A DNA stretch of 64,000 bases from Eledone cirrhosa (lineage: Eukaryota), in the NCBI GenBank assembly GCA_964016885.1, contig OZ024740.1, positions 358,608,001 to 358,672,000 of the forward strand, read 5' to 3'. The notes below the pieces were generated by a model. That model was not told the origin of the DNA. It worked only from the letters and a program-made list of their open reading frames with translations, and searched no databases. This document shows, one piece after another, positions 30,264 to 43,255 of this stretch. Position 1 is the stretch's first letter; each line of letters begins with the position of its first letter. The position numbers and the translations under genes were made by a program.

Positions 30264-30297
30264 CTAGCAGAAACCGTCCGCGGGCGGTTTCTGCTAG
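30264..30297. other. CTAG-to-CTAG palindrome matching the Helitron 3' terminus at 37475-37511
   Basis: ctagcagaaaccgtcc(gc)gggcggtttctgctag. Confidence 0.7.
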
Positions 30298-30384
30298 CAT
30301 ATGTAGTGTGCATATTGGTATTATACGAAAATATATATATGTAAATTGAAAAGTAAATCGACAATATCTTCTTCGCCCACTTAT

Positions 30385-31010
30385 TTCTGAGAGAGTCGTG
30401 AGGGCAGAGTCCTTCTCAAACACTCCTTCCAGCGAGTCTGTCAGAAGCAAACATCTCTAACTGATCCAGCTGGATCCCAAAGCGAGACCAGCCAAGCTCA
30501 TGGATGTTATGCAACTATCTTGCTTAGGGTCTACCTCTAGGTCCCTTGCCGTTTGGTTTTGCCTGTAAAATGTGTCCACGAATTCTTTACTGAGACATTC
30601 TAACCACATGCTCATAATATCGGTGTTGTGATCTCTCAATTCGGAGAAGTAGCGGCTCTATCAGGAGTGACTCTCTGGTCTCTGAGCTATGCACTTTATC
30701 GAGTAACGTTACTTCAAAGACTCTTCGGAGGAATCCCATTTCTGCCACTTATTTGCAATTGTATTCTTTTGGTCATTACTCAAGATTCATGATCCTCAGT
30801 AAGAGTTGGCAGGAATACCAGGAAGACAGCGAGTTTGGCTTTTACACCTACCCTTCTTCTTCTGATTGCAGAATGCTGAGGCTGGCACATTACTGCATCA
30901 GCTTTTGCAATTCTTGCACTTAATTCAGCCTCCTGCATTCCATCACTCATGAACACGGCTCCAAGATACTTGAACTTCTCTAACTGCTTCAGTAGAACTC
31001 CATTCACATG
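30385..31010 (-). mobile_element. RTE-clade LINE fragments
   Basis: IHVNGVLLKQLEKFKYLGAVFMSDG...LSARIAKA, plus a 3' part homologous to 6717-6990. Confidence 0.7.
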
Positions 31011-31214
31011 TATATAAATTTGAGAGACTTCTATCCACCCGTCCATCACACAATGTGTATGTGTTTGTGTGAATGTATGTGTGTGTAAAAGGAAGGAAAG
31101 GGATACACACATATATATGTCTAACTTAAAAACAGTGACGCACACACACATGTCTCTAATTTAAGAACGCATACAAAATCACGCGCGCGCACATACACAC
31201 ACTGTCCTATTGTC

Positions 31215-31925
31215 ACTTAAGAGCTTTGGCCCAGGCAAACCTTCCCTCAACTTTGGAACCGTCTGGGTTGTCCAGAACTGATGGGAAAAGACTTGACGGT
31301 CTTACTCTGTGCTCCTTGTCAAGAGGCAGGTGCCTTACCTGGGACGTCACAGTTAGTGACTCTTTTGCTTCTTCCCACATCCTGGTAAGGGCAAGAGCTA
31401 CAGCATCCGCAGTTGAACGGAACATAATCCTAAAATACCGTGTTCTGTCAGCTAACTAATTATCCAGCCTGTGGCGTTCGAGACGTTTGGGGGAGTCGGG
31501 CGACTGACAGCAAGGTTCTTATCTTCACTGGTGGCTCGCCAAACAAAGGAAACTGGTGATGCTTGTGAAGTACTTGGTCGTTCAAGCACCTCAGCCTCGC
31601 CATCACCCGAGGTAACGCTGCCAGCGTGCTGGATTGCCTCAAAAGTTATTAGAGAGGTTTCCATGTGCTCCTCGCTATATTATCTTTTGCTGTGGTAGCG
31701 TCTCGTTTGTACAGCCCTTTCGCCTGCATTTTGTTCTCTGTGGTCTAAGATGTGGGTACTACGTGGTTGTATATTTTTTCTCTTTCTTTTTTTTCTTTCC
31801 CTTTCATTTGTATATATTAAATTTGTTAGTGTTTTCGTTCTGTAACCTTTATATTAAATTTTTATACAAATGAGTTTTAAAAAAAAGAGTTTAACTGTGT
31901 TGTTAATAATTGAATAAAACATTAT
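31215..31925 (+). mobile_element. CRE-like RLE non-LTR retrotransposon 3' end
   Basis: PSTLEPSGLSRTDGKRLDGLTL....GRCLTWDVTVSDSFA...K..KY, then PVAFETFG. T-rich 3' UTR with AATAAA at ~31913. Confidence 0.75.
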
Positions 31926-32255
31926 ACTTGTATTACCCTCCCATTTCCAATTCACCGAACGCTGCTATCATGACTGCATGTGTGTGTTTGTGTAAATGTA
32001 TATGTGTCAATGTGTGTTTGTGTAAATGTATATGCTTGAAAGTATGTGTATTTGTGTGAATGTATGTCCGTGAGCGTTTATTTTTATAAGTTTGTGTTTT
32101 ATTCATTCTGGCGACTGAAGACAGACACAACATCTGTCTTCAAGAAACCACCGGTAAACGAAATAATTATCTTATGTTGTTTATTACATAACTAATAAGC
32201 TCTGTAACCTACATAGAGCATTCTTTTTTCCTGTACCGTTCTGACGGAAATACCT

Positions 32256-32339
<84 letters not shown>

Positions 32340-32420
32340 AATGAAGTATTAAATGTATATACATATGTGTGTGAATGAAGTATTAAATATATATATATGT
32401 GTGTGTGAATGAAGTATCAA

Positions 32421-32477
<57 letters not shown>

Positions 32478-32481
<4 letters not shown>

Positions 32482-32859
32482 AGTATGTATGTATATGTAC
32501 ATACATATATGTATACAGACGTACAGTAGCATGCATATATATACATATATATATATATGCATGCTCTGAACTCACTCGATATGCAAATTAGGCTGCTCAG
32601 CCGTTAATTTTCATAAGGTAAGTATATACTTTCGAACGTTCAACCATCTGGCAGAAGGATATGCGGTGCTGATGATAGCTAAGAAGCTTGAAACTAGTAC
32701 ATCGTTCCTGTGTCAGTGTTGAACAAAAAGGTGACGTGGTTGCCTTAACACCGTACGGCATAAATTCAGGCTGTCAGTTTGTTTACAAACGGACAAAGCG
32801 GGCGTTATAATCGACGTCCACTAAACTGATACGTACATATATGTATGTGTATATGTGTA

Positions 32860-32920
<61 letters not shown>

Positions 32921-33260
32921 GCATGCTACTGTACGTCTGTATACATATATGTATGTACGTATACATACATACTTACATTTAAGTAAGTGCCGTACTGAGA
33001 GTAAGAAATGAAATTTCGTTTTCATTCTATTACAACTTATATATATATATATATAAATGGAAAAGAATGAAACGAAATTTCATTTCTCACTCTTAGTACG
33101 GCTGATACTTAAATGTAAGTATGTATGTATACGTATATACATATATATATACAGACGTACAGTAGTATGTATATATATACATACATGCACACATATATAT
33201 ATATATATGTACGTATGGGTTTACCGAACATTTATTATAATGTTCGGTTTGTAAACAAAT
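32478..33260. mobile_element. Family A cluster (direct and inverted pieces) with HHR at 32663-32705 (+)
   Basis: gcggtg-CTGATGA-t-agct(aaga)agct-t-GAAAC-ta-GTA-catcgt. Inverted pieces at 32478-32540 and 33057-33260. Confidence 0.85.
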
Positions 33261-33284
33261 ATATATATATATATATATAACAAT

Positions 33285-33340
<56 letters not shown>

Positions 33341-33641
33341 ACAGTCACTACTCTCTTTACATACTCACACATACAATCTCTCTTTCTCGCTCTAGCAATT
33401 TTATAAAATCAAAGAACACGCACACACATCAGCGTCTTGAAAAAAATCCAAATCACTTCATCTTTCTCTTTCACTCTCTCTCTCTCTATATATAGTATAG
33501 ATATACCGGAAGTATTGAAATTGGAATTTTTTTAAAGAAGTGAGTCTTGACCTATGGAATCATATTTTTTAATATTTGTTTAATCATTTGTTACGAAATT
33601 TAGTAGATAAAGTATGTAATATTCATTCATTATTTATTCAA

Positions 33642-33818
33642 TTGGCAGTATCGGTAGATGGTCGGATGCCATGCTTTGACGCATAGAGTTACGGCCCTTG
33701 CCATTCTGAGTTCAAATCCCGCCGAGGTTAACTTTGCCTTTCATCCTTACGGGGTCGATAAAATAAAGTACCAGTAATACACTGGGCAATTGCTGACCTT
33801 GTGCCAAAAGTAGAAACA
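33642..33818 (+). mobile_element. SINE with 13-bp TSD
   Basis: attatttattcaa at 33629-33641 and 33819-33831. Confidence 0.88.
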
Positions 33819-34399
33819 ATTATTTATTCAAAGTAATCCAACTTATTTTACAAACTGGATAAAAAATTATATTCTGGATGCAGTCCCGCACCCCTTTCTT
33901 TATTATAGTTAACATATAGAAATAGAATTAAGAAAACCTAGGCTAACAGAAAACATGAATGGAATAACAATAACCATACACAAACACATACTAGTTACCA
34001 AAGGTAGAATATAAGCATGTAACTTCCATGGGTACACTCTTGGTAAAAATCTAGAAAATTATAGCAGCCAAATTTCAGCGAGAGTCTTCTTTGCTTTCAT
34101 CAACATCAAAGATGCTTATGAATACGCAAGGAAGTATTAAAAAGAAGTAGCTAGAGCAAAACGTGGTCGGTTCAAAAGTGGTATACTTGAAGACGTATTC
34201 AAATTGTTTAAAACTCATTCATCTGAAGTTCTTGGTAGATACAACCTGTCGAAATCTAATTTCAGGTGGGGCATCTTCTTTACAGTCAGTATTTTTAGGT
34301 ACCCAGTTACTTGACGCCGTTCATTATCCAGTTGATGGTCTTAGCCGCATTCAATTCCTTCTTTACCAAACGCCCTCTCGTATAGTCGTCTCATAAAAT

Positions 34400-35185
34400 C
34401 ATGTCTTCTTGAGTGTTGTATGCCATGTAGCCAGATGAATGTTTATATAATCTTAGTCTAGCTCGTTGGTTAGTTTGTTTATGACAAAAGCTAGGTCTAA
34501 AGTCTTCGTGAGCTTTACTTTTTAAGGTGGCTTTCCGAACTCACTGTTGGTCTTGGCAATGGAGAGTAGACTATTCTGCTGGTTGTCATTCTTGGCAAAT
34601 GTCTTGATGACAGCAATTTAGAACTACTCGGTAGCACTGGCAGGCCAAGAATTTCTGGAAATTCTCCGTATTCCCTGGATCAAAGGTTCTCCGGAACAGA
34701 TTTACTAATTCATTCTCGTCGAGTCTTTCTGAAGGTGTTACCACTCTTGTCCACCACTTATACAGGCCGGCTGTATGAGGTGCAAATCGCCTTATCAGGA
34801 TGGCCTAGTCTGTAAGTTTTACGGAGATATGGCAGGCTTGTTCTTGGATGTCCTCAGTTTTTCACTGCAACTGGCAACAGAATGGAAATATCCCCATTTC
34901 TGTGAGCCATGGCGTAGCTGATGAGAAAGGAGCAGAAAAAGGGGGACGTTATAAATAATTTCAGACCCATAACTCTGCTCCACACCGTATTTAGTATGTT
35001 TGGGTTCCTATGTTACCTCTGGGTGGTGCCCCACCTTACTCAGGAATTATTATTTTTATGAATTTATTGTTTATTGTTATCTACTTTATTTGTTTCCACG
35101 CTTTTTTGTAAAACCCCACTGTCCCTGTAATTTATAATGTCCTACTTATTTCGGCCATTGTGGTCAATAAAGAAATAACCATTGT
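34400..35185. mobile_element. Old rearranged Tx1/L1 ORF2 remnants
   Basis: 34905-34990 resembles 47885-47975 (ataaataatttcagacccataactctgct). 35105-35180 resembles the 3' UTR with aataaagaaat. The upstream part appears inverted. Confidence 0.5.
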
Positions 35186-35204
35186 TATTATCAATCATGT
35201 ATAA

Positions 35205-35400
35205 GAGCGGTTGATTATTAGTATTGGTAGAACTTTGGAAACATACATTGTAGTTATGCCCCTTTACTTACAGAGTTCAAATCCCTCCTTACGGGGTCGA
35301 TGAAATAATGAACCAGTAACGCACTGGGGGTCGGTTTAATCTTCTATTCCATCACTCTAAACTGTGTTTGCCTTGTGCCTAAACCAAAACCCATTATTAA
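35205..35400 (+). mobile_element. Diverged SINE
   Basis: gagttcaaatccc...ccttacggggtcgatgaaataa...gccttgtgcc. Confidence 0.65.
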
Positions 35401-35599
35401 TTATGTCTATTGATATATAAGTTATCTCCTTATAATATATAACCAGCAATTTCTCTGTCTGTCTGTCCGACAGTGGAAACACGTGCGCGCGTGCGAATGT
35501 TTTTTGCGCACGCGACGCGTAGAGAGAGAGTGAGAGTGAAAGAAAGAGACAGACTACAAGAGGGGGATAGCGGGAGGGAGAGAGGGGGAATTGAGGAGT

Positions 35600-35686
35600 G
35601 CTACAGAAACATATATACATTTCTGTGTGTGTGTAATATATATATATATACACACACAGAAATATATATACATTTCTGTGTGTGTA

Positions 35687-35723
<37 letters not shown>

Positions 35724-35749
35724 AATATATATACATTTCTGTGTGTGTA

Positions 35750-35782
<33 letters not shown>

Positions 35783-35798
35783 GAAATATATATATATT

Positions 35799-35835
<37 letters not shown>

Positions 35836-36508
35836 TACACACACAGAAATGTATATATATATACACACAGAAATATATATACATCCCTTAGCTACTGTAC
35901 TGTATCTGTTGCTATCTCTCTCTCTCTCTCCAGCTATCCCTCTCTTTTAGTCTGTCTGTTTCTCTCACTCTCACTCTTTCTCTTTGTAACACACTAACAT
36001 TCCTCCCCTCTATCGCTGTGACGAATGGGGAGATGGAGGAGGAGGAGGAGGAGAGAGTCACTTCGTCACTTCACCTCTGCCTTTCTTTCTCTCCCCTCTC
36101 ACTCCCTCATTACGTACAGACATTAGGGCGGTGGATTGGCAGAATCTGTAGAGAGCCGGACACCATGCTTCATAGCATGGAGTTACGTCCCTTTACGGTC
36201 TGAGTTCAAATACCGCCGAGGTTAACTTTGCTTTTCATCCTCACGGGTTAGATAAAATAAAGTACCAGTAATGTACTGGGTAATTGCTGGCCTTGTGCCA
36301 AAAGTAGAAACAATTATTAGAAACATTGCTTCATTTTTACATATCTAAGCATTAGTAAAATAACTAATAATTTCAAAAGTAATTTTTCAATTCCAATTGT
36401 TATGAACAGCAAAACATTAATAATAATTTTGTTTTAAGAAATATATATACATTTCTGTGTGTGTAATATATATATATATATATACACACAGAAATATATA
36501 TATATTTC

Positions 36509-36539
<31 letters not shown>

Positions 36540-36756
36540 TACACACACAGAAACATATATACATTTCTGTGTGTGTAATATATATATATATATACACACA
36601 CAGAAATATATATATATACACACAGAAATATATATACATTTCTGTGTGTGTAATATATATATATATACACACAGAAATATATATACATTTCTGTGTGTGT
36701 AATATATATATATATATATACACACACACAGAAATATATATACATTTCTGTCTGTG

Positions 36757-36760
<4 letters not shown>
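35600..36760. repeat. Palindromic minisatellite (acacacagaaat...atttctgtgtgtgt) in two blocks, 35600-35880 and 36438-36760
   Basis: Direct reading. Each unit is a small inverted repeat separated by (TA)n. Confidence 0.85.
36127..36318 (+). mobile_element. SINE nested in the Helitron
   Basis: ggcggtggattggcagaatc...gagttcaaataccgccgaggttaactttgc...gtagaaacaattatt. Confidence 0.85.
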
Positions 36761-36809
<49 letters not shown>

Positions 36810-37511
36810 TGAGATTCTACAGGACTAGAACTGTCTAGTCCTGTAGAATCTCATCTATATTAAAACTTTTATACTCTGCAATGTATTGAGTACCTTACTT
36901 ACTGTGGTTACCTCCGATTCAACCCGGAATAACGTATATATATATATACACACACACAGAAATATATGGGCATTTCTCTGTTTGTCTGTCTGTCTGTCTG
37001 TCTGTCCTTCCCTAAAACTCAAATGTAGGTGCTACAGAAATATTACCTTCCCCTTCCTTTCTCCACTTTGGTACTACCAAGAGAAACACTGTCGCTATAG
37101 AAACATTACCTTCCCCTCTCCACTGACTTTGGTCACTGAGGCCGAGGGAATCGCTGGTTGCTATAGAGACACATTGAACAAGCCAGAAGTAACCAGTTCG
37201 AGGCGATTCTGACTTGACACCATGCCAAGGACCATTTGAAGATATATTTCCATCGTTATATCATAACGTTTATGTATCATAACGTTTATATTTCCGTCAC
37301 TAATCTCTTTTTCTCCTTTTTCGTTTTAACATATATTTATTTCAAAGATTTCACCGTATAGATAAAATATATATTTATACATGCATACAAGACACACCGA
37401 GAGACGGTGAACATGTGGTGCCGAAAACATTTCTCATCCAAATCTCAACTATATCAGTATATACACTAGATTTGCTAGCAGAAAACCGCCCACCGGGTGG
37501 TTTTCTGCTAG

Positions 37512-37661
37512 TCTACTTATATATATAACCAGCAATTTCTCTGTCTGTCTGTCCGACAGTGGAAACACGTACGCGCGTGCGAATGTTTTTTGCGCACGCG
37601 TCGACAGAGAGTGAGAGTGAAAGAAAGAGACAGACTACGAGAGGGGATAGCGGGAGGGAGA

Positions 37662-37748
<87 letters not shown>

Positions 37749-40700
37749 TAGACGCTAAAACACGTGCTACAGAAATATTACCTTCCCCTTCATTTCTCCA
37801 CTTTGGTACTACCAAGAGAAACACTGTCGCTATAGAAACATTACCTTCCCCTCTCCACTGACTTTGGTCACTGAGGCCGAGGGAATCGCTGGCTGCTATA
37901 GAGACACCTTACACAAGCCAGAAGTAACCAGTTCGAGGCTATTCTGACTTGACACCATGCAAGGACCATTTGAAGAAGGTTGCCATTGAATTTGTGGTTT
38001 GAAGAAGGTTGCCATTGAATTTGTGGTTTGAAGAAGGTTGCCATTGAATTTGTGGTTGTTGCTGCTGATAATAAGGACCATTTGAAGAAGGTTGCTGCTG
38101 ATGAGGTAATTTATTAATCAGATTGCGCAGTTCCATAACCTACGTTTGATTTGTTCAATTTTTTTCTTCAATTTTTGTTGTTGTTTTTTTTTTTTATTGA
38201 AAAAATATAAATAATAAAATAAGGTTAGAAATTTAAATACAATTAAATACGATTTTATTTTCATTTCCAGCAGCCAATGTCCAGTGTTCAATTACATGAA
38301 AAAATTGGAAATAATTCAAAAAATTGAAGTTTAACTTTTGAACATTTGTTTTGACAATAAAAAAATATTTCTTTATTCACACCTAATGGTATGATTAAAA
38401 TTTCATAGGAATATTTTTTTCTAACCGCCAGTTATTTAAATATTATTAAAAATAAATTTTTTTTTTAAAAGAATGGAAGATTTTGTGGATTTTTTTACCA
38501 CCTTCCAAGCCTTAAACACTAATTCTCGCGAATTTGTGTTTTGTAATGACCCTCAGGACGCTGCTATTGTTGATTCCAATAGTGCCTGGTATTCGAATAT
38601 GTTAGTATACAATTTTTTGAATAAAATTAAGGCGCAATTAGAGCTGCCAAACAAAATTTTTTTCGGCTTCGGCCCATATTATTTTTAGGAAAATTCTATT
38701 GGCTCTAATGAGTCTGCCTCTGTTGGCGGTATTAGCGACAGTCACCATTTCTTGACTTTCAAGTTTGGTTATGCAGACTCATTACCTGTACTTGAGCTGG
38801 CAGATTCGGGTCTTCACTTCAAAAATTTTGACTTTTTTGATCGGATTAAATATTACCTTGATGATGGACACAGGGCTACAGTGAAAAAAATTGGAATTCT
38901 GAATGGATTCAAAACATTTTCCTTGACCCAAAATTTCGTTTTTAGGTTCAGGGTTCTAAATGTGCAGCAGCAGACTAATGGAACTTATTGTGGTCTTTTT
39001 GCAATTTTATATTCTTTGATATGGGTTCTAAATTCTAATCCCACAAATTTTGAGTTTTCCACTCAGAATCAAATTAATCTGCTCAGAAAATTTTTCAGGG
39101 ATTGCTATAATATCAATAAAATTTTGGAGTGTAATTTTTTAAATCGCAGGGAAGTTGTGAATCCGATTTTATATGAGAATGTTTTTGTTTTCGACCCTAT
39201 TAGAAAAACTCTTTCTAATTTAAATCAACTAGGTCTGGCTGCACACCTATCTGACCCCTTGATGATAAATTTCCAAGAAAATCATTATGGAAAAACCTCA
39301 ACCTTTCTGTCCAACCCGGTTTTAGCTCAAATCCCAACTATAAAAGGCAATAAAAAGCCAATTATAATTGAGGAAGATCAAAAAAGTCCAAAAATAACCA
39401 AAACTGGAAACGAATTGCCTGGAATCACTGCAGACGTATTGCCAGCTGCGGTAGTTTCGCCTCCAGCTGATAAAACTTTGCCACCTGCAAAACCGACAGA
39501 AGATTCCAAACGCAAGCCCAAATATTTTTTGGATCCAGTTTTGGTTGCTGAGTATATGGCTCAGCATAAGTGCACCGAAGCATCTGCGAAAACAGCTTTA
39601 CGCAGAAAAGCTCAAAAGGCCTCTGAAACCGAGTCGCAAAGAAATAAGCGACTTGAAAAGCAGCGAAAGGATAGGCAGCGTTCTAGGGGTCAGGAGTCTA
39701 AGGACTCAAGAGGCATAAGGAAGGAAAAAGACCGTGAGCATAAAGATGCTACTCGGCAATCTGAGACTACCGAAGAACGGGAAATCAGATTGAACAAGGA
39801 CAAAGTTGGGCACTCTGAGGCCTATTACAATAGGACCTTCAAAAAGGACCCAAAATACTTCCGTATTGCTTTTAAGCCCATAGATGAGGTGGATTTCGAC
39901 TCGGAGATAATCCACCTCAAATATAAGGATAATCCGTGTGAGCATTGCGGGGCGTACAAATTACCCTTAGAGCCACCTGGATTGTATTGCATGAATGGCA
40001 AGGTTAAGCTCCCTGAATTTGAACGCCCAGGGGAGGAAATCGCCAGTTTATATGAGGGTAATGACGAATATGCAAAAATGTTCGCTAAATTCTCAAGGTG
40101 TCTTAACACAGGATTTGCTTTCAGTAATATGCACTGTACTGAGCTTCCAATCGGTGAAGTGAAGCCGAGTATGAAAATTCATGGGTTTTCGTATCAAACG
40201 ATGGTCCCACTTAAGCCGCAAGCAGGCCAAAGACCTAGATATCCGCAGGTGCACATCTTTGATAAGGAGACCCAAAAACTCGAGAGGGAAAAATTTGAGT
40301 TCGAGCCTCGGTACCGTGCAATTCTGAACTATATCCAGGCTAAGTTCAATGATTTCATCCCGGATGAGAATATTCTATCAAGAACTTTCAAAACGGGATA
40401 CGAAATGCTCGAACAGATGCCCGAATATAGGCTGGTGTTAGGGGATTGTCTGCCTGCCAATAAAACTCATCTCCTCCCTACGGTATCTGAAATAGCGGGG
40501 CTCTACCAAGAGAAGGATATTAAGGAACTTGGGAGGGTCATTTTAGTGAGAAAACGGGCAGGCAAAGAAGGATACGTCCGTGTTGACTTCCTAAGCCCGT
40601 TTTATGAACCTCTGGGCTATCCCCTTATTTTCAATTATGGCCAGAATGGGTGGAGCCGTTGGAACCCGAAAACAGAAACTGGCCATAAAGAAACTTTGTT

Positions 40701-43250
40701 GCAGTATATCAAGTACTATTTAATGGTCCGGGACAATTTTTTCAACCCTCTTATATTGAGCGGTAATCTGTTGCACCAGTATGCGATAGACATGAAAATG
40801 CGTCTGGATTACATTAATTTCCAGTTTCATGTTAAGCATCAGCAAAGGATTAAGGGGTCATATAGGTTTGAATCGGTCGACACTCTAAAGGATTGTGAAA
40901 ATCCTGCAGAGGTTGGAGTCGGCGTCGTCCTGTCCGAATCAACTCCTGGGACTCCAAAGTGGTACAAAAAATTGTACCGAGATTCAATGGCACTGGTCAG
41001 AGAATTTGGATGTCCAGACCTTTTTGTGACCATGACCTCCAATTCTAAACTGCCTGAAATAGAAGAATTATCTCGCAATAATAAAGATGAAACTGCAAAA
41101 TTTAGGCCTGATCTAATTTGCAGGAGTTTCATGGAACGTGTGAGGCTTCTTTTTGATGTGAAAATCAAAAAGAGAGGTATTTTTGGTAAATGTGTTGCAT
41201 ACACTTACAAAATAGAATTTCAGAAAAGAGGCCTCCCACATGTCCACGCTTTAATTTGGTTGGCCGAGGCCGATAAGATTTCATCCACGGAGGATGTTGA
41301 TAGTCTCATTAGCGCTGAAATCCCGACATGGGATACAAAAAATCAGAAGCTGGGCTATAATTTTGTGATTACAAAAATGATCCACGGTCCTTGCGGTGTT
41401 TTTAATCCCCGGTGTCCTTGTATGAAGCAGTGTAAAAAGTCCAAAAACGGAACTTCTTGCTCTAAGATGTTTCCGAAGGACTATAACAATGCGACCAATT
41501 TTAACGAGGCTAACTACCCTAAATACAGGCGTAGAACGCCCGATAATAATGGTGGACAGGGGGAAATTCATCAGAAAGGTAAAAAGAAGTGTGTGGTAAC
41601 AAGCAGGGATGTTGTTCCACACAATATTTTTCTTGGGATCATATTTCAGTGCCACATTAACGTAGAGGTGGTGGCCGGGGTCACTATATTTCAATATATT
41701 TTTAAATATATACTAAAAGGTGCCGACCACATCAACTATGAGGTGGAAAAGGTCTGTGATGACCAGGAGAACCCTGTGGATGACCAGGAAAAGGACGAGG
41801 TTAGGATACACCTTAGCGGTAGGTATATGTCCAGCGTTGAGGCGATGTGGTGGTTACTCTGCCTGGCCCAATACAAGAATGTACCCCTCTATCCTAAAGC
41901 TGGATATCCACCTCGAAGGGAAACAAAAAGTTTTTTATGACCCCAAGTTAGCTAAACCCGATTCAAAAACCCTGGAAAAACTATCCAAGACGAAATTGAC
42001 CGAATTTTTCACTCTCAATCGAGAAGATGAAAAGGCCAACAATTTTTTGTATTTGGATATTCCGAAATTTTACGTCTGGATGGTCCAAGAAAGGTTTTGG
42101 AAGCGTCGAGTACAGGGCGAGAATGATCCTGAGTTCGGCATGCCCAGGGGTGATCAGATATCCCGCATGCCGAACATTTGACCAAACTCAGGTGGTAATC
42201 AGGAAACCTTCGCCCTCTACCTTTTGCTTTTAAAAACAAAAGGTCCCAAGTGCTACACCGATCTCAGAACAGTAGGCGATCAAGTTTTTCCGACCTTCAA
42301 CGAGGCAGCAGTATTCCGCAAGCTCATGGAGGAGGACAACGAAATCAGTTTAGTATTGCATGATGCTCAGATTTCGATGAGCCCTCGCATGATGCGGAGG
42401 ATGTTCGCAATGCTTATCCACTTTTGGAAGCCGACTGACGCCCTGTCACTGTGGAATGACCACAAAGACTGGATGTCACATGATTTAGCCCGAGCAGACC
42501 CCACTGCTGATGTGGATATCATACACAATAGGGCATTGCACCAGGTTTACGCTTACCTGCTAAATTACGGCACCAAAATGGATACTTGCAACCTTCCCCA
42601 GCCAATCGAGGAGGTTAGAGTGCCCGAGAATCAGAAAATTGGGATTTCTTATGAGAGCACAGCAAGCTCGGAGTCCATTTTGGAGGTTGAAAACTCCCTG
42701 AATGCTGATCAGCGGGCATTCTATGACTCCGTATTGGAATCGGTGAGGCAGAATTCGGGAAAAAACTTTTTCGTGGACGCACCCGGGGGAACTGGCAAGA
42801 CTTATCTTATCAATGCGATAGTAGAAAAGGTTGCCAGTGAGGGTTACAAGGTGACTGCTTGCGCCTCATCTGGCATTGCGGCACTATTGCTTAAAGGCGG
42901 CACAACCTTGCACTCAAGGATGAAGTTGCCTTTGAATCCGCAAGATAAAACAGCGATTAGTATCCAGAAGGGATCAAAACTCGCAAAGGAACTTGCGAAA
43001 CTTGACCTGATTATTTGGGACGAGGCCCCCATGTTCAATAGGGACCTGATGGAGTTTTTGGATAAAACTCTAAGATTCGTCCGCGGAGGGGTGGAACCAC
43101 CCAAGAAAACCTTCGGAGGTGTCACCATGTTACTCTCCGGCGATTGGCGACAAGTTCTCCCAGTTGTTCTCAATGGAGAGCGACCACAAATTGTCGCTTC
43201 TACTTTAAAAAATCACCCATCGTGGGATTCTTTCAACATTTTCAACATTC
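37512..43250 (+). mobile_element. Autonomous-type Helitron, 3'-truncated
   Basis: Begins with TC immediately after the CTAG of the preceding element and contains the Rep-helicase ORF. Confidence 0.85.
37969..38095. repeat. 29-bp tandem repeat (ttgaagaaggttgccattgaatttgtggt) x3 plus partial
   Basis: Direct reading. Confidence 0.9.
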
Positions 43251-43255
43251 TATAG
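38473..43255 (+). pseudogene. Helitron RepHel: Ulp1/C48-like peptidase + HUH Rep (Y2) + PIF1-family helicase; disrupted
   Basis: Peptidase HHFLT / YADSL / VQQQTNGTYCGLFAI. Rep motifs PDLFVTMT, EFQKRGLPHVH, YIFKYILKG. Helicase DAPGGTGKT, IIWDEAPM, GDWRQVLPV. In-frame stops at 38686 and 42179, frameshift at ~41880, truncated after helicase motif III. Confidence 0.92.

Larger units (their letters stand above)
35425..37511 (+). mobile_element. Non-autonomous Helitron (A|TC...hairpin-CTAG) containing hairpin minisatellites and a nested SINE
   Basis: 5' end tctccttataatatataaccagcaatttctctgtctg matches 37512 onward. 37029-37240 matches 37765-37978. Ends ccgcccaccgggtggttttctgCTAG. Confidence 0.75.

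Noticed and set aside
32113-32150. ctgaagacaga...tctgtcttca hairpin as an HHR
   Set aside because: No correctly placed GAAA and no stems I or III.
37969-38095. 29-bp repeats as a CRISPR array
   Set aside because: Contiguous tandem units with no spacers, in a eukaryotic context.
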